This document shows positions 18,739 to 29,355 of a DNA stretch of 64,000 nucleotides, one piece after another. The notes beneath the pieces were generated by a model, which saw nothing but the letters and a program-made list of their open reading frames with translations, made no database searches and was not told where the DNA came from. The translations under genes and the position numbers were made by a program. Positions within the stretch are counted from its first letter, which is position 1, and every line of letters begins with the position of its first letter. The DNA is from a bacterium (GTDB lineage: Bacteria; Sysuimicrobiota; Sysuimicrobiia; Sysuimicrobiales; Segetimicrobiaceae): the NCBI GenBank assembly GCA_035307765.1, contig DATGHU010000007.1, forward strand, positions 28,117 through 92,116. The letters are read 5' to 3'.

Positions 18739-19692
18739 CTACACCTTGAGCAGCGCGACGTTTTCCCGGATGGTGGCGACCGCGGCGTCGAACGCTTTGC
18801 GCTCGGCGTCGTCCATGGGCGCGTCGAGGATGCGCTCCACCCCTCCCGTCCCGAGCACCGCGGGGACGCCCACGTACAGATCGCGGACCCCGTACTGACC
18901 GGTCAATCGGGCGGAGAGGGGAAGAACGCGCTTTCGGTCGAGCAGGATCGCCTCCACCATCTGGGCGATCGCGGCGCCGGGGGCGAAGAAGGCGCTGCCC
19001 GTCTTGAGCAGGCCCACGATCTCCGCCCCGCCCCGGCGGGTCCGCTCGACGATCGCGGCGATCTGCTCCGCCGGCAGGAGGCGGCGCAGCGGGATTCCCC
19101 CCACCGTGGCGAGACTGGCCAGCGGGACCATGTGGGTATCGCTGTGCGCCCCGATCACCATCGCCGACACGTCCTGGACCGACACCGAGAGCGCCTGTGC
19201 GATAAAGGTCCGGAAGCGCGTGCTGTCAAGCGCCCCGCTCTGGCCCATCACCCGCTCCGCGGGGAATCCGCTCACCTTGTGGGCGAGATACACCATGACG
19301 TCCAGGGGGTTGGTCACGACGATCAGGTGCGCGGCGGGGGAGCGTTTAGTGACCTGTTCGGTCACGCCCCGCACGATCCCGGCGTTCGTCGCGAGAAGGT
19401 CCTCGCGACTCATGCCCGGCTTGCGCGCGATCCCGGCCACGATCACGATCACGTCCGACTGGGTGGTCTCATCGTAGCCGTTGCTGCCGGTCACCCGGAA
19501 GTCCAGCCCCTCGATGGGGGCGGCCTCAAGGAGGTCCAGCGCCTTCCCCTGCGGCATCCCCTCCACCACGTCGACCAGCACCACGTCGGCCAGCCGATGC
19601 CCGAGGATCCACTGGGCGGCCGTGTGTCCGACGTTGCCCGCCCCGACGATCGTCACCTTCGCGTGCGTTCTCGCCACCCGATACCCCTCCAA
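18739..19692 (-). CDS. mdh: Malate dehydrogenase (LDH-like NAD-dependent)
   Basis: Rossmann GAGNVG, LDH/MDH family length and motifs. Confidence 0.9.
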   Translation of the reverse strand: MEGYRVARTHAKVTIVGAGNVGHTAAQWILGHRLADVVLVDVVEGMPQGKALDLLEAAPIEGLDFRVTGSNGYDETTQSDVIVIVAGIARKPGMSREDLLATNAGIVRGVTEQVTKRSPAAHLIVVTNPLDVMVYLAHKVSGFPAERVMGQSGALDSTRFRTFIAQALSVSVQDVSAMVIGAHSDTHMVPLASLATVGGIPLRRLLPAEQIAAIVERTRRGGAEIVGLLKTGSAFFAPGAAIAQMVEAILLDRKRVLPLSARLTGQYGVRDLYVGVPAVLGTGGVERILDAPMDDAERKAFDAAVATIRENVALLKV

Positions 19693-19695
19693 CGA

Positions 19696-20940
19696 TTACA
19701 TGCTGTCGATGATCGCGGTGGCGAATTCGCTGGTGCGCACCTCGCGGGCGCCCTCGGTCAACCGCGCCAGGTCGTAGGTCATCACCTTCCGCCGGAACGT
19801 CGCCTCCATCCCGCGGACGATCAGGTCGGCGGCCTCCTGCCACCCGAGGTGCTCGAGCATCATCACCCCGGAAAGAATCAGGGACCCCGGATTCACCTTG
19901 TCCTGATTGGCGTATTTCGGCGCTGTGCCGTGTGTCGCTTCGAATACGGCGTGGAAGTCGCTGATGTTCCCGCCCGGCGCCATGCCGATCCCGCCGACCT
20001 GTGCGGCGACCGCGTCGGATAGGTAATCGCCGTTGAGGTTGCTCGTGGCAATGACGTCGAACGAACGCGGCCGGGTCAGGAGATGCTGAAACGTCACGTC
20101 GGCGATGTAGTCCTGGATCAGGATCTTGCCCGGGGGGACCTTTCCCCCGTGCCGCTTCTCAACCTCGTCCCACGGGATCGTCCGATCCCCGAACTCCTCG
20201 CGCGCCAGTTCGTAACCCCACTGGGCGAACGCCCCTTCGGTGTACTTCATGATATTGCCCTTGTGCACGATCGTGACACTCCGCCGGCCGTGATCGATCG
20301 CGTAGGCGATGGCCTTCCGCACCAGCCGCTTGGTGCCAAAGGGACTGATCGGTTTGAGCCCGACCCCCGCTTCCGGACGAATCTTCCACTTGAACTCGCG
20401 GCCGACAAAGTCGATCAGTCGCTTCGCCTCCGGCGTGCCGCTGGCAAACTCGAACCCGACGTAGATGTCCTCGGTGTTCTCACGGAACACGACCACGTCG
20501 ATTTGCTCGGGGTGCCGAACGGGGCTCGGGACTCCTTCGAAGTAGCGCACCGGGCGGACGCAGGCGTAGAGATCGAGCTGTTGGCGAAGCGACACGTTCA
20601 GGCTGCGGAATCCGCCGCCGATCGGGGTGGTCAGTGGCCCCTTGATCCCGACCGCGTAGTGCTCGAATGCCCGGAGGGTGTCATCCGGCAGCCAGGTGCC
20701 GAACTGATTGTGCGCCTTCTCGCCGGCGAACACCTCGAACCATACAATCCGCCGCTTCCCCCCGTAGGCCTTGCGCACCGCGGCGTCGAGCACCCGCACC
20801 GTCGCCCGCCAGATGTCCGGACCGGTCCCGTCGCCCTCGATGAAGGGGATGATCGGGGTATCGGGCACGTGGAGCCGGCCCTCGCGGACCTCGATGCGGT
20901 GACCCTCTTTCGGCGGGGTGAGCGTCCCCAATGTCGACAT
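19696..20940 (-). CDS. icd: Isocitrate dehydrogenase (NADP)
   Basis: 414 aa; NLNGDYLSD and other prokaryotic IDH motifs. Confidence 0.95.
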   Translation of the reverse strand: MSTLGTLTPPKEGHRIEVREGRLHVPDTPIIPFIEGDGTGPDIWRATVRVLDAAVRKAYGGKRRIVWFEVFAGEKAHNQFGTWLPDDTLRAFEHYAVGIKGPLTTPIGGGFRSLNVSLRQQLDLYACVRPVRYFEGVPSPVRHPEQIDVVVFRENTEDIYVGFEFASGTPEAKRLIDFVGREFKWKIRPEAGVGLKPISPFGTKRLVRKAIAYAIDHGRRSVTIVHKGNIMKYTEGAFAQWGYELAREEFGDRTIPWDEVEKRHGGKVPPGKILIQDYIADVTFQHLLTRPRSFDVIATSNLNGDYLSDAVAAQVGGIGMAPGGNISDFHAVFEATHGTAPKYANQDKVNPGSLILSGVMMLEHLGWQEAADLIVRGMEATFRRKVMTYDLARLTEGAREVRTSEFATAIIDSM

Positions 20941-20946
20941 GGCCTC

Positions 20947-21705
20947 CTAGGATCCCCTCGGTTCTTTCTTGCTGCCGAAGAGCCGGAGGAGCGCCCGCCA
21001 CGGATCGAAGTAATCGTCCGCCATCCGCTCCTTCAGCGGAATAATCGCGTTGTCGGTGATGTGAATGTGCTCCGGGCACACCTCTTCGCAGCACTTCGTG
21101 ATGTTGCAGAACCCGATCCCCCCCCCACCCTTCAGCAGGTCGGTGCGGGAGAGGGTATCCTTCGGATGCATCTCCAAGGCGGCGATCCGCACCATGAACC
21201 GCGGACCCATGTACCGGTCGAGCCCGTCGTGCTCCCGCAGGACGTGACAGACATCCTGGCAGAGGAAACATTCGATACACTTGCGGAACTCGAAAAGCCG
21301 GTCCACATCCTCCGGGTGCATGGTCCACGGCCCGGGATCCTTAGGATCCGGGGTAAACGGGGGGATCTTCTCGTTCATCCGGTAGTTCCAGGAGACGTTC
21401 GTCACGAGGTCTTTGATCAGCGGGAACACCTTGATCGGCCGGACAACGATCGGCCGGGCACCGAACTCATCGACACGGGTCTTGCACATCAGCCGCGGCC
21501 GTCCGTTGATCTCCGCACTGCAGGACCCGCACTTGGCGGCCTTGCAGTTCCACCGGCAGGCCAGCGTGCCATCCAGGTGCCCCTGGATGTAGTGGATCCC
21601 GTCGAGGACCACCATGCCCTCGGTGATCGGCACCGCATAGGTGACGAGATCCCCCCCCTTGGCATCGCCTCGGAACACCTGGAACGTGGCATCCCCCATT
21701 CGCAA
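20947..21705 (-). CDS. sdhB: Succinate dehydrogenase/fumarate reductase iron-sulfur subunit
   Basis: 2Fe-2S and two Cys-cluster motifs (CRWNCKAAKCGSC; CIECFLC...; CPEHI). Confidence 0.9.
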   Translation of the reverse strand: MRMGDATFQVFRGDAKGGDLVTYAVPITEGMVVLDGIHYIQGHLDGTLACRWNCKAAKCGSCSAEINGRPRLMCKTRVDEFGARPIVVRPIKVFPLIKDLVTNVSWNYRMNEKIPPFTPDPKDPGPWTMHPEDVDRLFEFRKCIECFLCQDVCHVLREHDGLDRYMGPRFMVRIAALEMHPKDTLSRTDLLKGGGGIGFCNITKCCEEVCPEHIHITDNAIIPLKERMADDYFDPWRALLRLFGSKKEPRGS

Positions 21706-21745
21706 CCCCTTCTCCCGTCCTCCGTCCAGTCGATGCCCCCCGGGG

Positions 21746-23461
21746 CTAGTTCTTGACCAAGGCGATGAGCTCCGCCGGCATCTGCGGCACGGGGCGGGTG
21801 GTCACCGTCATCCCACCGCCGTCCTTGCGGACCACGACGTTCTTGGTCCCCCAGTCCGGGATCTGCTCGACGAAGTCCAACCGCCAGTGCGCCCCGCGGC
21901 TCTCCGCGCGCTCGATCGCCGACCGGAAGATCGCCTCGCATAACGTGAGCATGAAGCGCACGTCCCTGGTCATGTGCCACCCGGGGTTGAAGAGCATCGA
22001 CCCGGTGGCCCGGAGCTTCTCCGCCCGTCGCTGCAGCGCGAGAATCTTTCCAAGGCCATGGTCGAGTTCCTCCCCGGTCCGGGCGATCCCGGCGTGGGTG
22101 CCCATCACTCCCTGGAGTTCCTCGTGAATGGCAAAGGGATTTTCCCCTCCGCCGTTCTCGAACGGACGCAGCATCAGCGTCCGCTCGTCATCGACCTGGC
22201 GCTCGTCGACCCGCGGGATGGCGAGGAGGCCTTTCGCGTACGCCGCGGCGTGCTCGCCCGCCCGCTTCCCGAACACCAACAAATCTGAGAGCGAGTTTCC
22301 CCCCAACCGGTTCGCCCCGTGCAGCCCCGCGGCGACCTCGCCGGCGGCGAACAGGCCGGGCACGGTCGACGCGCCGGTTCCGGCCTCGACCCGAACGCCC
22401 CCCATCACATAGTGGATCGTCGGGGCGACTTCCATCGGAGACTTCGTGATGTCAATATCGGCGAGTTTGAGGAACTGCTCGTACATGCTGGGCAGCTTCT
22501 TCTTGATGAATTCGGCGCCGCGGTGGCTGATGTCCAGGAACGCCCCCCCGTGGGGAGTCCCCCGCCCCGCCTGCACTTCCTTATAAATGGACCGCGCCAC
22601 GACGTCCCGGCTGCTCAACTCCATCTTCTTGGGGTCGTAGCGCTCCATGAACCGCTCACCGCTGGCGTTCCGGAGCAGACCGCCCTCGCCTCGCACCGCC
22701 TCGGTGACGAGGATGCCGCGCACTCCCGGAGGCCAGACCATGCCGGTCGGGTGAAACTGCACCATCTCCATGTCCATCAGTTCGGCCCCGGCATCGTAGG
22801 CCATGGCACAGCCGTCCCCCGTGCACTCCCACGAGTTGCTGGTCACGTGGAAGACCTTTCCCCAGCCGCCGGTCCCCAGGACCACCGCCTTCGCCCGGAA
22901 CAGCACGAACCGGCCGTCCTCACGCCGGTACCCGAACGCCCCCGCGATCCGTTCCGCGTCCCGGAGGAGACGGGTGATCGTGACCTCCATGTAGACCTTG
23001 ATCCCGCTGTGCACGGCCTTGTCCTGGAGTGTGCGGATTAACTCCAACCCGGTCCGATCGCCCACGTGGCAGAGCCGTCGGTAGGTATGGGCGCCGAACG
23101 GCCGTTGGAGAATCTTTCCGTCCGGGGTCCGGTCGAAGAGCCCACCCCAGCGCTCCAATTCGTAGACGCGCTCGGGCGCCTCCTTGGCGAAGATTTCCAC
23201 CATCCGGTAATCGTTGATCATCTGGCCGCCGCGCATCGTGTCCCCAAAGTGGACCTGCCAGTTGTCTTTGGGATCGACGTTGCCCAACGCCGCCGCGATG
23301 CCGCCTTCGGCCATCACCGTGTGTGCCTTGCCGAGGAGGGATTTGCAGACCAGGCCGACCGAGAGTCCGGCCTCCGCCGCCGCGATCGACGCGCGCAGAC
23401 CCGCCCCTCCCGCCCCGATGACCAGGACGTCGTGCTCGAAGGCTTCGTACCGATCCGCCAC
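21746..23461 (-). CDS. sdhA: Succinate dehydrogenase flavoprotein subunit
   Basis: 571 aa; FAD-binding GAGGAGL, covalent-FAD His region, full-length homology. Confidence 0.95.
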   Translation of the reverse strand: MADRYEAFEHDVLVIGAGGAGLRASIAAAEAGLSVGLVCKSLLGKAHTVMAEGGIAAALGNVDPKDNWQVHFGDTMRGGQMINDYRMVEIFAKEAPERVYELERWGGLFDRTPDGKILQRPFGAHTYRRLCHVGDRTGLELIRTLQDKAVHSGIKVYMEVTITRLLRDAERIAGAFGYRREDGRFVLFRAKAVVLGTGGWGKVFHVTSNSWECTGDGCAMAYDAGAELMDMEMVQFHPTGMVWPPGVRGILVTEAVRGEGGLLRNASGERFMERYDPKKMELSSRDVVARSIYKEVQAGRGTPHGGAFLDISHRGAEFIKKKLPSMYEQFLKLADIDITKSPMEVAPTIHYVMGGVRVEAGTGASTVPGLFAAGEVAAGLHGANRLGGNSLSDLLVFGKRAGEHAAAYAKGLLAIPRVDERQVDDERTLMLRPFENGGGENPFAIHEELQGVMGTHAGIARTGEELDHGLGKILALQRRAEKLRATGSMLFNPGWHMTRDVRFMLTLCEAIFRSAIERAESRGAHWRLDFVEQIPDWGTKNVVVRKDGGGMTVTTRPVPQMPAELIALVKN

Positions 23462-23500
23462 TCCTCGCGCCTCCTGGAAGAACCCGCCCGGGCCCCTTCG

Positions 23501-24229
23501 CTAGAACAACTTCAGATCGGCGATTATCCCGGCGCCGAGCAGCCGGACGTAGACGTCGGCGGCGATCACGGAGAAAAGGCTCGCCCACGCCCATGGGGCG
23601 TGCCGGTGGTTCAATAGAGTCACCCACGACCATAGGCGAAAGCGGAGGCGCCCCCCGGCCGCGCACGAGTAGCAGTCGAGGTTTCCGCCCACCATATGCC
23701 GAAACGCGTGGCAACCTAGTGTGTATGCGGAGAGCAGTACGACGTTGACAAGGAAGATCAGCGACCCGAGGTGCACGCCGAAGTGTCCATCAAAGTCGAA
23801 CGCACGCACCGCATCGACCCACAGGAAGACGAGAACGATCAAGGCAGCGTAGAGAAGATAGCGGTGGAGATTGTTCAGGAGGAAAGGGAACGCCGTCTCG
23901 CCTGCGTATCCCCGCCGGGATTCCGCGACCATGCACGCGATCGGGTCGGCAAAGTAGGACCGATAGTAGGCCTTGCGGTAATAGTAGCACGTGGCCCGAA
24001 AACCCGCCGGAGCCCACAGCACCCAGAACGCCGGCGAGATCGGGATGGCGGCGATCGTCACGGGGGGAGAGTAGAACGGCGAGAGGTAGGGAGCTACGTA
24101 CCCGTGTCCTTGAAACGCGACCCAGGTCGCGTAGACCACAAAGCCAGAGAGGATCGTGACGGTGGCCGCCGGTTGAAGCCACCAGGGGAGGGACGAGGCA
24201 GGCGAATGCGTTGCCGCGTGATCGGCCAT
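23501..24229 (-). CDS. sdhC: Succinate dehydrogenase cytochrome b subunit (5-TM, b558-like type B)
   Basis: 242 aa multi-TM with conserved His; first gene of sdhCAB. Confidence 0.75.
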   Translation of the reverse strand: MADHAATHSPASSLPWWLQPAATVTILSGFVVYATWVAFQGHGYVAPYLSPFYSPPVTIAAIPISPAFWVLWAPAGFRATCYYYRKAYYRSYFADPIACMVAESRRGYAGETAFPFLLNNLHRYLLYAALIVLVFLWVDAVRAFDFDGHFGVHLGSLIFLVNVVLLSAYTLGCHAFRHMVGGNLDCYSCAAGGRLRFRLWSWVTLLNHRHAPWAWASLFSVIAADVYVRLLGAGIIADLKLF

Positions 24230-24356
24230 CGATCTCTACCTAAGGCCTGACGTCGGGAACTGCGGGGGTATTCCGTCCCGCGGGTCTGGTTTCCTCCCGC
24301 ACGAGCACGCGCGGTATACTGATGTCGACAGGAACACAGGGTGCGGAGGAAACACG

Positions 24357-25787
24357 ATGAGCACGGATGGACAGCAGCGGATCGAACACGACGCGCTTGG
24401 AGACGTGCGCGTGCCGGCGGACGCGTATTACGGTTCGCAGACAGCGCGGGCGATTGAAAATTTTCCCATCAGCGGCCTCCGACTCCCCCGCGCCTTCATC
24501 GCGGCGACCGCGACGATCAAGCGAGCGGCGGCGGAAGTCAACGCCGGCCTCGACCTCCTAGATCCCAAGATCGCCGCGGCGATCGCTCAGGCGGCTCAGG
24601 AAGTCATTGAAGGAAAATGGGACGCGCAGTTTCCGATCGACGCATTTCAAATGGGCGCCGGCACGTCGCAGAATATGAACACGAACGAGGTCATCGCGAA
24701 CCGCGCGATCGAGCTGCTGGGGGGCGCACGGGGCAACTACCAGATCGTCCATCCCAACGACCACGTCAACATGGCCCAGTCCACCAACGACGTGACCCCA
24801 ACGGCGATCCGGCTCGCGGCCCTGATGACCCTCGGCGACCTCCTGGCGGTGCTTGAGACATTAGTGGAAGCCCTGGGCCAGAAGGCGCATGAGTTCGACG
24901 GCGTTGTGAAAGCCGGCCGGACTCACCTTCAGGACGCCGTACCGGTGCGGTTGGGGCAGGAATTCGGGGCGTACGCGATGGCGGTCGCCAACGATATCGA
25001 GCGCATCAAGAACGCCCGGGAGCGCCTGCTCTATCTCGGGATCGGGGGAACCGCGACCGGGACCGGCCTGAACGCCGATCCCCAGTACCACCCCCGGATG
25101 GTGCGCCGGCTTTCGGAGCTGACGGGTCTGCCGCTTCGGGGGTCCGGGAATCTCTTCGAGTCGATGCAGAACACCGCCGATGCGCTGGAATGCTCAGCTG
25201 CGCTCCGAACACTCGCCGCGACCCTCGCCCGGATCGCCAACGACCTGCGGTTGATGACATCGGGGCCGAATACCGGACTCGATGAGATCCGCCTGCCCCC
25301 GGTCCAGCCGGGTTCGTCGATCATGCCGGGCAAGGTGAACCCCTCCATGGCCGAGATGCTGAACATGGTGTGCTTCCACGTCATGGGGAACGACCTCACG
25401 GTGCTCCTCGCCACCCAGGCGGGGCAGTTGGAGCTCAACGTCATGCTGCCGGTGATCGCCCTCAACCTGCTGCAGTCGATCCAGCTCCTTACCAACGGGG
25501 TGCGCGCGTTCACCGAGCGGTGCGTCCGCGGCATCACGGCCAACGAGGAACGGTGCCGGCATTGGGTGGAGCACAGCGCCGCCCTGGCGACGGCGCTCAA
25601 CCCCTCCCTCGGTTACAGCAAGGTCGCCGAGGTCGTCAAGGAATTCGTGCGGACGGGCCGGCCGATTCGGGAGATCATTTTGGCCCGGGGGCTGCTCACC
25701 GAAGCCCAACTCAACGACATCTTGTCGGTGCGGGCGATGACCGAGCCGGGGATTCCGGGGAAGGCGGCCGGCCCGACCCGTGGCTGA
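24357..25787 (+). CDS. aspA: Aspartate ammonia-lyase (class II fumarase/aspartase superfamily; aspartase-like signatures)
   Basis: VPADAYYG, DHVNMAQSTND, GRTHLQDAVPVRLGQEF, GSSIMPGKVNP, C-terminal GLLTEAQLNDI align best to AspA rather than FumC from memory. Confidence 0.8.
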   Translation: MSTDGQQRIEHDALGDVRVPADAYYGSQTARAIENFPISGLRLPRAFIAATATIKRAAAEVNAGLDLLDPKIAAAIAQAAQEVIEGKWDAQFPIDAFQMGAGTSQNMNTNEVIANRAIELLGGARGNYQIVHPNDHVNMAQSTNDVTPTAIRLAALMTLGDLLAVLETLVEALGQKAHEFDGVVKAGRTHLQDAVPVRLGQEFGAYAMAVANDIERIKNARERLLYLGIGGTATGTGLNADPQYHPRMVRRLSELTGLPLRGSGNLFESMQNTADALECSAALRTLAATLARIANDLRLMTSGPNTGLDEIRLPPVQPGSSIMPGKVNPSMAEMLNMVCFHVMGNDLTVLLATQAGQLELNVMLPVIALNLLQSIQLLTNGVRAFTERCVRGITANEERCRHWVEHSAALATALNPSLGYSKVAEVVKEFVRTGRPIREIILARGLLTEAQLNDILSVRAMTEPGIPGKAAGPTRG

Positions 25788-25865
25788 TGATCTTCCAGGC
25801 AAAGCCCACCCACCCGTGTCGGCGAGTTCACAGTGCCTCGACCGCCGCTAGAAGCGAGGTGAGCG

Positions 25866-26720
25866 ATGCACTTTGATTTCTCCTCGATCATCTGGTTGTT
25901 CGTCATCGTCTCGCTGCTCCAACCGCTGCTGACCCGGCAGTGGCAGCAGACGGCCCGGCTGCGGGTGTTTCAGCAATTGGAGCGCACCCGGAACAGCCGG
26001 GTCATCGCGCTGATCCACCGCGAGGAGACGATGAACCTGCTGGGGTTCCCGCTCGTGCGCTACATCGACATCCAGGACTCCGAGGAGGTGCTGCGGGCGA
26101 TCCGGCTGACCCCGCCGGACCTGCCGATCGACGTCATCCTGCACACCCCGGGAGGCCTGGTGCTCGCGGCGGAGCAAATCGCACGGGCGCTCCGCGACCA
26201 CCAGGGCCGGGTGACCATGTTCGTCCCCCACTACGCGATGTCCGGAGGGACCCTGATCGCGCTCGCAGCCGACGAGATCGTCATGGACGCCCACGCCGTC
26301 CTCGGCCCCGTCGATCCTCAACTGGGGAACCATCCCGCGGTCTCGATCGTCGCGGCCGTGGCCCGCAAGCCGATCGAACGGGTCGACGACGAGACACTGA
26401 TCCTCGCCGACGTTGCGCAGAAGGCCCTCCACCAGGTCCGCACCGTTGTCGTCGAGTTGGCTTCGAGGCGCCTCCCTGCCGAGCGTGCGGAGGCGCTGGC
26501 GACCAGCCTGGCCGGGGGCACGTGGACCCATGACTATCCGATCACCGTCACGGAGGCGCGAGGACTGGGATTTTCGGTGTCGACGGAAATGCCGCGGGCG
26601 ATCTACGACCTGATGCAGCTCTACCCGCAGGCGGGCCGGCGCCGTCCGTCGGTGGAGTACATCCCGCTGCCGTACCGGTCGCCGGCGGCCCCGCTTCCCC
26701 ACCGCCAGGATCACAAGTAG
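25866..26720 (+). CDS. SDH-family (ClpP/S49-like, serine dehydrogenase proteinase family) membrane-anchored serine protease
   Basis: N-terminal TM then ClpP-fold motifs (HTPGG..., MSGGTLIALAADEIVM). Confidence 0.7.
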   Translation: MHFDFSSIIWLFVIVSLLQPLLTRQWQQTARLRVFQQLERTRNSRVIALIHREETMNLLGFPLVRYIDIQDSEEVLRAIRLTPPDLPIDVILHTPGGLVLAAEQIARALRDHQGRVTMFVPHYAMSGGTLIALAADEIVMDAHAVLGPVDPQLGNHPAVSIVAAVARKPIERVDDETLILADVAQKALHQVRTVVVELASRRLPAERAEALATSLAGGTWTHDYPITVTEARGLGFSVSTEMPRAIYDLMQLYPQAGRRRPSVEYIPLPYRSPAAPLPHRQDHK

Positions 26721-26730
26721 GGCCCGCTCG

Positions 26731-27288
26731 CTAGCGGCCGGGCCTCCACACGACGTCGGGGCGCCCGGCCGCGAGGTTGGCCGCGCGCGCCAGCACGAAG
26801 AGCAGATCGGACAGTCGGTTGACGTACTTGAGGAGCTCCGGGTTGATCGGCTCCAGCGCGGCGAGCTGCACGATCTGCCGCTCGGCGCGACGCGCCACCG
26901 TTCGGGCATGGTGCAGTGCCGCCGCACCCGGGGTGCCTCCCGGGAGAACGAATTGGCGCAGGGGCGGGAGGCGATCCTCAAACCGATCGATCTCCCGCTC
27001 CAGCCCGGCGATCTGATCGGCGGACATCCTGACCACGTGAGACGCGGCCGAAGACGCGGCCGCGGGGGTGGCCAGCTCCGCGCCGAGATCGAACAGGTGA
27101 TGCTGCAGCACCTCGAGGAGCCCGTCGATCTCCGGATCGCAGCCGGCGGCGCGCGCCAGCCCCAGGACGGCGTTCAGTTCGTCGATCGTGCCGTACGCCC
27201 GGACCCGCGGGTCATCCTTCGAGACGCGGGCCCCCCCGAACAGGCTGGTATCCCCGCCGTCTCCGGTCCGGGTATAGATGCGCGTCAC
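26731..27288 (-). CDS. Cob(I)yrinic acid a,c-diamide / cob(I)alamin adenosyltransferase, PduO-type
   Basis: MTRIYTRTGDGGDTSL... N-terminus and ELNA motif characteristic of PduO/MMAB family. Confidence 0.85.
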   Translation of the reverse strand: MTRIYTRTGDGGDTSLFGGARVSKDDPRVRAYGTIDELNAVLGLARAAGCDPEIDGLLEVLQHHLFDLGAELATPAAASSAASHVVRMSADQIAGLEREIDRFEDRLPPLRQFVLPGGTPGAAALHHARTVARRAERQIVQLAALEPINPELLKYVNRLSDLLFVLARAANLAAGRPDVVWRPGR

Positions 27289-27297
27289 GGCGCCGGC

Positions 27298-29355
27298 CTA
27301 TTCGTCGGCGGCCACGGCCTGCCGCCGGTGTGCTGCGCGCCCGGCCTCGGCGGCGCCCGGCCTCGAAGCCAGGTAGGTGCCGAACCAGGCCAGGATGTGG
27401 CGGAGCCGCTCCACCCGATGCTTGGGCTGCCCGTTTCGGGAGAGATCGTGGCTCTCCCCCGGGAAGCGGACGAAGAGCGTGGGGGTCCCCTGTTTCTTGA
27501 GCGCGATGAACAACTGCTCCCCCTGCTCGATCGGACAGCGCAGATCGCTCTCGCTGTGGAGAATCAACAGGGGGGTCCGCATCTGGCGCACGTAGGTGAT
27601 CGGCGATCGCTCGAGGTAGAATCCGGGGGATTCCCACGGATCGCCCGGATATTCCCAGAACCCCTTCTGATAGGCAAGGTCCGAGGTCCCCCACTGACTG
27701 TAGGCGTTGCTGATGCTCCGCATCGTCACCGCGGCCTTAAAGCGCTGCGTATGACCGACGACCCAGTTGGTCATGAACCCGCCGTAGCTCCCGCCCGCCA
27801 CACCGAGCCGGTCGGGGTCGATCCAGCTGTACGCGCCGACCGCGTGATCGAGCCCGCGCATGAGATCCTCGTAGTCCTTACCACCCCAGTCGTGACGCGT
27901 CCCCGCGGTGAATGCCTGCCCGTACCCCTGGCTTCCGCGTGGATTCATGTAGACCACACCGTACCCGGAGGCGGCGAGGAGCTGAAACTCATGGAAAAAT
28001 CCGTTGCCGTACGCTCCGTGCGGTCCGCCGTGAATCTCCAGGATTGTGGGAACCCGCTCACGCTGGCCCGGGCCGGTGGGGCGCAGCACCCACCCCTCGA
28101 TCCTCCACCCGTCCGCGCTGGAAACCTGGAACCGCTCCGGAACGGAGAGCGCCAGGGTCCGCAGGAACGCCCCGTTCAGGTCCGTGATCCGCCGCAGCGG
28201 GCCCGCCGCCGGCCCAAGGTCCTGCACTACGATCTCCCCTGGCGTCAGGGGATCGCTCTCGATGCACGCCGCTCGAATCGCCCGGCGGTCCAGCGAGCAT
28301 CCTATCAGTTCGTGATCGCCCTGGGTCTCCTGGCGGACCGCGCCGCCTGCCGCCGCCACTGACGCAATCTGGGTATTGGCGCCGTCGGCATACAAGAAGG
28401 AGATCCGCGAGCCATCGGGTGCCCACGTCAGCCCTCCCGCGCCGGGGTGGGCGCGGACGTCGGAGATCACATGATGGCCGATGCTGCGGTCGAACTCGCG
28501 TGTCAGGCAGACCGGATCACCGCCGCTGGCGGAGACCACCCAGACGGCTGAATTCGTCGCTCCCCGGCAGGCATTATCGTGCCCGGCGTACGCGATCCGC
28601 GTCCCGTCGGGGGACCACGCCGGCACGCTGACCGGACCGATGCCCCCGGTCAGACGCCGCGGCACCCCCTCGCCCTCGGCGGCCACCACCCAGATATCCG
28701 TGACATTGGTGAGATCGGCGTTCGGATCGGGGTTGGCGGCATACGCAACCCAGCGCCCGTCGGGCGACCAAGCCGGGTTCACGTGATCGCACTCCTCACG
28801 GGTAAGCTGCCGGGCCTCCCCACCGCCGGCGGGCACGGCGAGCACCTGCTTCCATCGCCCGTCCCAGAACCCCTCACCATCGAGCTTGTAGCGCAAGCGC
28901 GAGATCACGCGCACGTCGCTCTCGTCCGGCCCCGGCTTAGGTTGGGGCTTGGCCACCACGGCCAGCCAGCCGCTGTCCGGGGACCAAGCCAGCTCGGAGG
29001 GGGCGAGCGGGCCCGACGTCACCTGACGTGCCTCGCCCCCCTCCACCCCAATCACCCAGACCTGCTTCTCCCCGCTGCGGTCTGAGATGAAGGCGACCTG
29101 GGCCCCGTTGGGGGACCACCGGGGAGTTGTGTCCTTGCCTGCGGCGCTGGTCAGTTGCCACGGTGCGCGCCCATCGACGGGGGCGATCCACAGGTGGCTC
29201 CGGTAGCCGTTCGTCGCAACGTCCCCCGTCGTCACGGTACAGACCACCCGAGCTCCATCGGGAGACAGCTGCGGATCGTTGAGGATCTTGAGCGCGAAAA
29301 GATCTTCGATCGTGATCGGGCGCCCGGAACGGACACCCTGGTCACGAGGGCTCAT
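27298..29355 (-). CDS. S9 family peptidase (acylaminoacyl-peptidase-like; beta-propeller + alpha/beta hydrolase GGSYGG)
   Basis: WSPDG propeller repeats, catalytic GGSYGG; ATG 29355 with GGAGGAG SD; low-complexity ORF-track extension to 29547 rejected. Confidence 0.85.
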   Translation of the reverse strand: MSPRDQGVRSGRPITIEDLFALKILNDPQLSPDGARVVCTVTTGDVATNGYRSHLWIAPVDGRAPWQLTSAAGKDTTPRWSPNGAQVAFISDRSGEKQVWVIGVEGGEARQVTSGPLAPSELAWSPDSGWLAVVAKPQPKPGPDESDVRVISRLRYKLDGEGFWDGRWKQVLAVPAGGGEARQLTREECDHVNPAWSPDGRWVAYAANPDPNADLTNVTDIWVVAAEGEGVPRRLTGGIGPVSVPAWSPDGTRIAYAGHDNACRGATNSAVWVVSASGGDPVCLTREFDRSIGHHVISDVRAHPGAGGLTWAPDGSRISFLYADGANTQIASVAAAGGAVRQETQGDHELIGCSLDRRAIRAACIESDPLTPGEIVVQDLGPAAGPLRRITDLNGAFLRTLALSVPERFQVSSADGWRIEGWVLRPTGPGQRERVPTILEIHGGPHGAYGNGFFHEFQLLAASGYGVVYMNPRGSQGYGQAFTAGTRHDWGGKDYEDLMRGLDHAVGAYSWIDPDRLGVAGGSYGGFMTNWVVGHTQRFKAAVTMRSISNAYSQWGTSDLAYQKGFWEYPGDPWESPGFYLERSPITYVRQMRTPLLILHSESDLRCPIEQGEQLFIALKKQGTPTLFVRFPGESHDLSRNGQPKHRVERLRHILAWFGTYLASRPGAAEAGRAAHRRQAVAADE

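Noticed and set aside
24357-25787. Calling this gene fumarase C because of its TCA neighbourhood
   Set aside because: Signature segments match aspartase better than FumC. The fumarase possibility is kept as a finding.
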